In this document: one piece after another, positions 1-6,876 of the stretch
How positions within the stretch are numbered: the first letter of the stretch is position 1
How the letters are laid out: each line of letters starts with the position of its first letter
Source of the DNA: Candidatus Poribacteria bacterium
GTDB taxonomy: Bacteria > Poribacteria > WGA-4E > PCPOR2b
Direction: 5' to 3'
Assembly (NCBI GenBank): GCA_965208675.1
Contig: OZ242351.1
Span: forward strand, 96,001-160,000
Length of the DNA stretch: 64,000 nt
Program-made: the position numbers and the translations under genes
The notes under the pieces: model-generated
The model's database searches: none
What the model was told of the DNA's origin: nothing
The model's input: the letters and a program-made list of their open reading frames with translations, nothing else

Positions 1-480
1 TTGCAAGGGCGATCCATCCTCCGATTTTTCATCAATAAACCTACTCGGAAGGCACGCAGTAACTGGGAATTACTTTCTCTTTACCTAAAGGAGGTTCGCA
101 ACATGGATGAATCAAGACTTAACGCCATAAAGCAAGTTGGAGACTCGATCGCCGAAAGTATTCGTAAATCCGAACGTGACCGACGGCTCCGACAACTAGA
201 ATCCGCCGCGAGTTATGGGCAATGTCGAAACGTCCTGCGGTTCGTGATTCGAGACCGTATTCAGCAAGGTGAGGAAAAACCACTCTTTTCGCTGGATGAC
301 TACATTGAACATCTGTTTCCGGCATCGGCGGATCAGACGACATTTTGGCGGGAGACTCGTGACCTACTCGTTTTTCGGATTTATGAAACACTTCACGATT
401 GGTTAGTTGCAAGTGGGTTTGCTGATGATACGGACGACCAATCTGAACAATCAACAGATGAATCACAGGAGGAAAATTAA
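1..480 (+). CDS. cas8: Type I-B Cascade large subunit Cas8 (Cst1-like), C-terminal part; 5' end lies outside the window
   Basis: Open frame from the window edge, ending 2 nt before cas7; helical C-terminus with an acidic tail; position in the operon. Confidence 0.75.
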   Translation: MQGRSILRFFINKPTRKARSNWELLSLYLKEVRNMDESRLNAIKQVGDSIAESIRKSERDRRLRQLESAASYGQCRNVLRFVIRDRIQQGEEKPLFSLDDYIEHLFPASADQTTFWRETRDLLVFRIYETLHDWLVASGFADDTDDQSEQSTDESQEEN

Positions 481-482
481 TC

Positions 483-1472
483 ATGTCGAAGCATGTTATA
501 GGTTTGGTACTGATCGATGCACCGCACTCCGCACTCAATAACGCAGGAACTGAGCCATCCCAAGCAACAGAAAACATCGTGGTGGTCAAAACGCTGCGCA
601 AAGGGAATCAAACGTATCCGTACGTATCGGGACAAGCGTGGCGAAATTGGTGGCGCACGACATTAGACCAAGAATTTAATTGGAAAATTTCGCCGATTGA
701 ACGTGACAAGAAAATTGCCTTTACCGCCGCTGATCCTATTGCTTACGATGACGATGATGTTTTTGGTTACATGCGAGCGGTGAAGAAAGAGACTTTGACT
801 CGGCTCTCACCGTTGAAAACCTCACCGCTAATTGCGATTGAACCCCAACGTCCCACGGACGACTTTGGTGTGATGGCACGTCACAAGGGCGATCCAGTCC
901 CCTACGAGCATCAGTTTTACTCATGCCCACTTAAGGGCATCTTTTCCCTTGACCTTGATGCTGTAGGTGCTTTGTGGAACGTTGATAAAACCGGATATAA
1001 AAACATCACTGATACACACATTCCGGATATTGAAGCGATTGGCGGTTTGCAGGTAGACGAAAAATCTCCATGGGTCCTACCGCAAGACATCCGCCAACGG
1101 CGTTGCCGCGAAACACTCGAGGCACTCCCACTACTCAGTGGCGGCGCGAAGTTGACCTCACATTTGACCGACGTGACGCCTAAACTTATCATTCTATCTG
1201 TTCTCAATGGCGGTAATCATCCCTTCATGAATGTGATGGTTGAACAGGATGGACAGGGTAAGTTAAGTATTCCGGCGCTACGGCAGGTTATCGCCGATTA
1301 TGAGAGTCGTTTCCTAGATTCAATTTTTATCGGTCGCCGTGAAGGGTTTATGGATGCATTAGATGAACCATTGCGCCAATTGGCAGAAGATGAAGCCGTG
1401 ATATACGATTCACCTAATCAGGTCATTGCACAACTAGTCGGTGGACTTTCAAAATACTTCGGGGTGGAATGA
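483..1472 (+). CDS. cas7: Cas7 (DevR/Cst2 family), type I-B backbone
   Basis: Motifs ALNNAG, YPYVSGQAWR, DDDVFGYM, RLSPLK. Confidence 0.92.
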   Translation: MSKHVIGLVLIDAPHSALNNAGTEPSQATENIVVVKTLRKGNQTYPYVSGQAWRNWWRTTLDQEFNWKISPIERDKKIAFTAADPIAYDDDDVFGYMRAVKKETLTRLSPLKTSPLIAIEPQRPTDDFGVMARHKGDPVPYEHQFYSCPLKGIFSLDLDAVGALWNVDKTGYKNITDTHIPDIEAIGGLQVDEKSPWVLPQDIRQRRCRETLEALPLLSGGAKLTSHLTDVTPKLIILSVLNGGNHPFMNVMVEQDGQGKLSIPALRQVIADYESRFLDSIFIGRREGFMDALDEPLRQLAEDEAVIYDSPNQVIAQLVGGLSKYFGVE

Positions 1473-2098
1473 TGAAAGTTCTTCGTGTCCTCATCAACGG
1501 CTGGGTGGCATCATTTCGGAATCCGCTATTCATCAGCGGATTCCAACCCACTCTTCCTCTACCGCCACTTTCGACGCTCTACGGCTTGCTATCGGCGGCG
1601 CGAGGCGATTGGGTAACACCTGACGATGCAGCAGTTGGATTTATCTTTCAAAGCCAAGGTAAATTCGTAGACCTGGAAACGGTGTACGAGTTCGATCAGA
1701 CCCGACTTAAGGCAAAACCAAACGTCTGTAAACGTGAATTTCTCGTGTCACCTGAGCTTTATCTCTACACGCCTGCGCTGTGGCTGAGACCCCATCTTGA
1801 ACTCCCTCATTATCCATTGCTGCTGGGGCGTTCGACGGAATTAGCAACGGTTGCGTCGATTGTTGAAATTGAGTTAGAGAAGGTATCCGAAACCAAATAT
1901 CGAGATACACTTCTACCATTTCCAAATGAACAGATTTACGGTCAGATACAGGCGCTGCCAACTCATTTTACACAGGAACGTCCACGTAGTCCGCAAGGCA
2001 TCCGCCCCTTCTACATGCTGACGGACAAAATTTCGTACAGCGGTCCCGCATTACAAGATCCGGAAATGGGTTGGGGAGTGCATTTGCACGGAAATTGA
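1469..2098 (+). CDS. cas5: Cas5, type I-B
   Basis: N-terminal ASFRNP...TLPLPPLSTLYGLLSAA and LLLGRS motifs; overlaps the cas7 stop. Confidence 0.92.
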   Translation: MMKVLRVLINGWVASFRNPLFISGFQPTLPLPPLSTLYGLLSAARGDWVTPDDAAVGFIFQSQGKFVDLETVYEFDQTRLKAKPNVCKREFLVSPELYLYTPALWLRPHLELPHYPLLLGRSTELATVASIVEIELEKVSETKYRDTLLPFPNEQIYGQIQALPTHFTQERPRSPQGIRPFYMLTDKISYSGPALQDPEMGWGVHLHGN

Positions 2099-2105
2099 GT
2101 AAATT

Positions 2106-4334
2106 ATGACAGAACTACTTGCCAAAAGCGCCCCGCCTGAAACACTGATGAAACACACGGAAAACTGTCTTTCAGTCTGTTTCAGTATGCGGGAAACAAT
2201 GCCGTTTCTCGCGGAGATTTCCGGCGATCCGGATTTTTTCGACCATCTTTTCTATACGGTTGCCCTTCACGATTTCGGCAAGGCAGCAGCCGGGTTTCAG
2301 GAACAACTCAAACCAGCTGCCGCCCCGTGGAACTATCGTCACGAAATTTTATCGGCAGGATTTGTGGCTGGGTTGAATCTGCCGTTGCGAATCAAACAAG
2401 CAATCGGTTTGGCAATTCTGACTCACCACAAAGATATTAAAATATTAAGAGATCGTTATCCATGCTTCCCCCCACACAATCCAGGTTATGCAACATGGAA
2501 ATCACGAATGGCAGAATTAGAACCGAATTGGGATGCCTTGATGCGAATTCAAGAGCAGATCGATCTCTGGCGTCCAGACGAGAATTGTCACTTTATACCT
2601 CTGCCCTCGCTTGGTGGATTAATTAACGGGTATAAGGATTTCCTTGTGCCATATCTTAACGATTTTGAGGACGGCGAATTGACGGCGTTGCATGGTCGTT
2701 ACGGTATGTTGTTGCGCGGTTGTATGATTGCGTGTGACCATCTCGCATCAGCAGGAAAAACTAAGATTTACCGTGCGCTTGACAATCTGGATGGGCATCT
2801 TCGCATCCAAATTGAGCAAAAGGGGCGGGTGTTTCGAGGTTGGGATGCATTTCAAGATGCCGCCGCAACGACATCGGGGCACCTATTGCTCTCCGCGCCA
2901 ACTGGTTCGGGCAAGACCGAAGCCGCTATGCTTTGGTCCGATGCAAATGAGAGCGAATCGCATGGACAGCGTGTATTTTATGTTTTGCCCTACACCGCAA
3001 GCATCAATGCGATGTATGACCGCCTGCTCAATCTCGTGTCCAAAGACCGCATCGGATTGTTGCACGGCAAGGCAAATTACTTCCTCTATAGGTCAATGGT
3101 GGATAAAGAATACACCCCAGACGAAGCGAGAGCAGAAACCCGGGAAACGCAAAACCTGACACAAAAAATCTACCGGCCGTACAAAGTATTGACACCGTTC
3201 CAACTGCTCAAATCCTTTTTCGGTACGCGCGGCTTTGAGATGCAATTCGCGGAGATGGCGGGTGGCTTGTTCATCTTCGACGAAATCCACGCCTATGACC
3301 CGCATACTACCGCACTCATTTTGACAATGGTTAAGAAACTTTGTCAAGATTACGGCTCGCAATTCTGCATTATGACTGCAACAATGCCGAAGTTCCTCAA
3401 GGAGATGTTTGTAGATGCTACCGGTGAGACTGCTAAAGTTGAGATGTCTCCTGAGAAACGAGATCAATTCACACGCCACCACGTTCGCTTGTTTGAAGGT
3501 GGAATCATTGACTCAATTCCAAAGATTACCGAACGATTGGAAGGTGGGAAACGGGTATTGGTTGTTTGTAATACAGTCAAAAAGGCACAGACAGTTTTTG
3601 AGCGATTATCCCCACGTGCGACCAATCCGCAGCTTCTCCACAGTCGTTTTATCCTCCGAGACCGAGAGCGAATCGAGAGAGAGCTGGCAGATGCGGACTT
3701 GCTTGTTGGGACACAAGCCGTTGAAGTCTCACTTGACATTGACTTTGATGTGCTGTTTACCGAGCCCGCACCAATTGATGCCCTGATACAGCGATTCGGA
3801 CGGGTAAACCGTAGAGGCGAAAAAGAAATTTGTGATGTGTGCATCTGTCGCGAAGGTGGTGATAACGACAAATACATCTACTCCATAGACCGTATAAAAC
3901 GGACGCTTGATGCTTTCGCCGAAGTTAATATTTTGTATGAATCGAAAGTTCAATATCTGATTAATACGGTTTACGGCGAGAGCTACGATTCAAAGGAACA
4001 GGAAATGTTTGATAACGCTAGAGCGATTTTCAATCAACACGTGCGAAACATCGTTCCGTTCATTGAGGACACATCAGCGCACGAGGAGTTTACCGGCCTC
4101 TTCAAAAGCATAGAAGTAGTTCCATCAGTTTATGAAGATGAATTTCTGATACATATCAACGCAAAGCAGTTTTACGAGGCAATGGCGTACGTCACCTCAA
4201 TTTCTGATGGACAATTCGCGCGACTCCACAAAGAAGGTCAGTTATACAAACAACAGGGGCAATGGTTCGTGCGAGTCCGCTACGATTCTGAGCGTGGGTT
4301 GGCACTTGATGAGTTGGCGGAAAATGTGTTGTGA
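2106..4334 (+). CDS. cas3: Cas3 HD nuclease / SF2 helicase fusion
   Basis: HDFGK HD motif, APTGSGKT, DEIH, MTAT, QRFGRVNR. Confidence 0.97.
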   Translation: MTELLAKSAPPETLMKHTENCLSVCFSMRETMPFLAEISGDPDFFDHLFYTVALHDFGKAAAGFQEQLKPAAAPWNYRHEILSAGFVAGLNLPLRIKQAIGLAILTHHKDIKILRDRYPCFPPHNPGYATWKSRMAELEPNWDALMRIQEQIDLWRPDENCHFIPLPSLGGLINGYKDFLVPYLNDFEDGELTALHGRYGMLLRGCMIACDHLASAGKTKIYRALDNLDGHLRIQIEQKGRVFRGWDAFQDAAATTSGHLLLSAPTGSGKTEAAMLWSDANESESHGQRVFYVLPYTASINAMYDRLLNLVSKDRIGLLHGKANYFLYRSMVDKEYTPDEARAETRETQNLTQKIYRPYKVLTPFQLLKSFFGTRGFEMQFAEMAGGLFIFDEIHAYDPHTTALILTMVKKLCQDYGSQFCIMTATMPKFLKEMFVDATGETAKVEMSPEKRDQFTRHHVRLFEGGIIDSIPKITERLEGGKRVLVVCNTVKKAQTVFERLSPRATNPQLLHSRFILRDRERIERELADADLLVGTQAVEVSLDIDFDVLFTEPAPIDALIQRFGRVNRRGEKEICDVCICREGGDNDKYIYSIDRIKRTLDAFAEVNILYESKVQYLINTVYGESYDSKEQEMFDNARAIFNQHVRNIVPFIEDTSAHEEFTGLFKSIEVVPSVYEDEFLIHINAKQFYEAMAYVTSISDGQFARLHKEGQLYKQQGQWFVRVRYDSERGLALDELAENVL

Positions 4335-4370
4335 TTAGGGCGTTTTGACCTCTGTACAGCCATCTACAAT

Positions 4371-4422
4371 CGTAGAGGCGAGGTTACCTCGCCCGGTGGT
4401 TTTGAAATACCCAACCGCTACG
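4371..4422. repeat. GTAG-type REP-like palindromic doublet
   Basis: CGTAGAGGCGAGGTTACCTCGCCC...CCCAACCGCTACG; related elements at 6147-6213 and 12900-13002. Confidence 0.65.
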
Positions 4423-4430
4423 AAAAATCA

Positions 4431-4472
4431 CACCTCTATCAAGTCCCCCTGACAAGGGGGATTTAGGGGGTT
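4431..4472. repeat. Short palindromic element TCCCCCT-GAC-AAGGGGGATTTAGGGGG
   Basis: CCCCCT/AGGGGG hairpin followed by ATTTAGGGGG; resembles a small dispersed intergenic repeat. Confidence 0.5.
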
Positions 4473-4533
4473 AAATTTAAAATCCGCCATAGTAATATCA
4501 ATAAGCAGTCTAACTGACTAAAAGGATGTATCA

Positions 4534-5043
4534 ATGCAAAACCCAAATGAACCCCGTATCACCGGCACAACAATCGGCTACCTCTACGTCTGTCCGCGCG
4601 AACTCTGGTTCTTTCAGAACCATATCGAAATGGAACACACCTCAGACCTCGTTTCTATGGGGAAACTCCTACACGAGGAGAGTTATCCTCGTGAAAAACG
4701 GAAGGAACGCCCGATTGATGATCGCAACCTCATTGACTTCATTGACAAAGACGGCATCCTGCACGACGTAAAGTCAAGTCCATCAGTGCAGAAGGCTCAT
4801 GAAATGCAAATCCTCTACTATCTCTATCTCCTCAAACAGAAAGGGTTGCCAAATCGGAAAGGGGTGATTAACTACCCGCGCCAACGGCGGACCGTTGAGG
4901 TCGAGTTGACCCCTGAGAAAGAGTGCGAAGTCGAGGAAGCGATCGGAGAGGTCAAGAGAATATCCGACCTGCCTACACCTCCAGATGTGGAGTTCATGAA
5001 TATCTGTAAATCGTGTAGCTATATGGAATTGTGTTGGAGTTGA
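4534..5043 (+). CDS. cas4: Cas4 RecB-like nuclease with Fe-S cluster
   Basis: CPRELWF, IDFID, HDVKSS, QILYYLY, CKSCSYMELC. Confidence 0.95.
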   Translation: MQNPNEPRITGTTIGYLYVCPRELWFFQNHIEMEHTSDLVSMGKLLHEESYPREKRKERPIDDRNLIDFIDKDGILHDVKSSPSVQKAHEMQILYYLYLLKQKGLPNRKGVINYPRQRRTVEVELTPEKECEVEEAIGEVKRISDLPTPPDVEFMNICKSCSYMELCWS

Positions 5044-5051
5044 ACGCCACT

Positions 5052-5083
5052 AAAAACCGAGTTTTTTCTTCAAAACTCGGTTT
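5052..5083. repeat. Intergenic inverted repeat AAAACCGAGTTTT/AAAACTCGGTTT
   Basis: 12-bp stem between cas4 and cas1; possible attenuator or mRNA-stabilising element. Confidence 0.55.
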
Positions 5084-5134
5084 CTCTTTGCATCTTGTAC
5101 TTTATTTTTATAGGAGTTTAGGAGAACAACAACC

Positions 5135-6130
5135 ATGTCTCGTAACTACTACATTAGCCAGTCAGGCAGATTGCGCCGAAAAGACAACACCATCTATCTC
5201 GAAAAAGAAGACGGGTCCCGGGTGCCGATTCCGATTGAAGATGTGGATGCATTCTACCTCTATGGCGAACTGGACATGAACACCCGCATTCTCAACTTCA
5301 TGGCGCAGAAGCATGTACCTATTCATGTGTTCAACTACTACGGCTACTATTCCGGCACGTACTATCCGCGGGAATACCTGAACTCTGGATTCCTCACCGT
5401 CAAGCAGGTGCAGCACTACGAACGAAAATCGAAACGTCTGCCAATTGCCCGCGAATTTGTTTCAGCGGCAGTGGCGAATATCCTGCGAAACCTCCGTTAC
5501 CGTGCGAATCGCGACAGCGATTGTTCCGAGCAACTGAGCATTATTGAATCCATCGAAGCCGAGATTCCGCACGCGCAGACTGTTGACCAACTGATGGGAT
5601 ATGAGGGAAACGTCCGCGAAACCTACTACCGCGCCTTCAACGCCATTATCAATCTACAAACTCCTTTTGACAAACGTGTCCGCCAACCGCCCGATAACCC
5701 CATCAACGCCACGATCTCATTCGGAAATTCGCTAATGTATACCGCCTGCCTGACAGAGATCTACCGAACGCAGCTGAATCCGACGATTAGTTTCCTGCAT
5801 CAACCGGGGGAACGCCGATTCTCCCTGAGCCTCGATCTGGCAGAAATCTTCAAACCGATAATTGTTGACCGAGTGCTATTCCGATTGTTCAATCGAGGGC
5901 AACTCAAAGAATCCAAGCACTTTGAAACCGAGACTGGAGGCTGCTATCTAAACGAGAGCGGAAGGCGCCTATTTCTCCAAGCCTTCGACGAACAGCTCAA
6001 GCAGACAATCGACCATCGGAAATTAAATCGGAAAGTCTCCTACCAACGTTTGATCCGCCTTGAATGCTACAAGTTGATTAAGCATCTTACAGGAATGGAG
6101 ACCTATCAGGCATTTCGGGCATGGTGGTAG
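5135..6130 (+). CDS. cas1: Cas1, type I-B
   Basis: RRKDNTI, GYEGNVR, PPDNPINATISFGNSLMY, LDLAEIFKP, C-terminal RAWW. Confidence 0.97.
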   Translation: MSRNYYISQSGRLRRKDNTIYLEKEDGSRVPIPIEDVDAFYLYGELDMNTRILNFMAQKHVPIHVFNYYGYYSGTYYPREYLNSGFLTVKQVQHYERKSKRLPIAREFVSAAVANILRNLRYRANRDSDCSEQLSIIESIEAEIPHAQTVDQLMGYEGNVRETYYRAFNAIINLQTPFDKRVRQPPDNPINATISFGNSLMYTACLTEIYRTQLNPTISFLHQPGERRFSLSLDLAEIFKPIIVDRVLFRLFNRGQLKESKHFETETGGCYLNESGRRLFLQAFDEQLKQTIDHRKLNRKVSYQRLIRLECYKLIKHLTGMETYQAFRAWW

Positions 6131-6146
6131 GACGAGAAAATCCCTT

Positions 6147-6213
6147 CGTAGGGGCGGGGTTCCCCCGCCCGTAGAATTTGGGGGCAACCGTAGGTAGGGC
6201 TTCCTAGCCCGAC
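6147..6213. repeat. Two GTAG-type REP-like palindromes
   Basis: CGTAGGGGCGGGGTTCCCCCGCCC and CGTAGGTAGGGCTTCCTAGCCCGAC. Confidence 0.65.
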
Positions 6214-6236
6214 TGAATCAATAAACCGTAGTTTTT

Positions 6237-6264
6237 TTACGCATTACTCATTACTCATTACGCA
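6237..6264. repeat. Heptamer tandem repeat TTAC(G/T)CA x4
   Basis: TTACGCA TTACTCA TTACTCA TTACGCA. Confidence 0.7.
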
Positions 6265-6332
6265 TTTTACATACTATACTTTCTTTTTCAATTCACCTCA
6301 TTTATCCATTACTAGCGTAGGAGACCGCCACA

Positions 6333-6596
6333 TTGTATGTCATTATCGTTTACGACATTGACGTAAAGCGGGTTGCGAAAGTCTGCAAATACCTGCGTCA
6401 ACACCTCAACTGGGTACAAAACTCCGTCTTTGAAGGCGAACTGACAAAGGCTCAATATGCACGAGTGGAATCAGGACTTTTGGGAATCATTGATGAAAAT
6501 CAAGATTCGGTGCTCGTTTACCAAATGCGTAATGAGAAATGGATGGACAAGCAGGTTATCGGCATCGAAAAAAATCCGGTCACAAATCTCCTATGA
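6333..6596 (+). CDS. cas2: Cas2 (TTG start)
   Basis: YVIIVYDI, WVQNSVFEG, DSVLVY; GGAG RBS upstream. Confidence 0.96.
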   Translation: MYVIIVYDIDVKRVAKVCKYLRQHLNWVQNSVFEGELTKAQYARVESGLLGIIDENQDSVLVYQMRNEKWMDKQVIGIEKNPVTNLL

Positions 6597-6876
6597 CCGA
6601 ACACTACAGCAAAAGTAGTAGGCATACGCCGTATGCCGTAAAGAGTGTTTCTGAATGGATCGTATGTCGTCAACCCCAGTTTCTGCGGCAATTTTCCTAA
6701 TTCATAAAGCACCATTTTTTCCCGACTATTTTGGATTTGAATCGCAACCACGTGATGTCGTCAACCCCCCGTCTGTTTTGCACAATCGAACGTTGACGAC
6801 TTTTGAGAGCACGGAGAATTTACTCTTTGCAGTCGTGGCGCGGGTTTGCTTTGTTATTTTTCGCCGATTTTGCGGA
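6597..6876 (+). promoter_or_regulatory. CRISPR leader with repeated GTCGTCAAC motifs
   Basis: Between cas2 and the first repeat; ATGTCGTCAACCCC at 6664-6677 and 6755-6768, inverted GTTGACGAC at 6792-6800. Confidence 0.8.

Noticed and set aside
1-480. No cas6 in the cas operon
   Set aside because: The window starts inside cas8; cas6 normally lies upstream in type I-B loci, so absence cannot be claimed.
4335-4533. Possible CreTA-like mini-array or degenerate CRISPR repeat between cas genes
   Set aside because: Only a weak GGTTTTGAAAT resemblance, and it lies inside the REP doublet; no paired repeat found here or in the cas1-cas2 gap.
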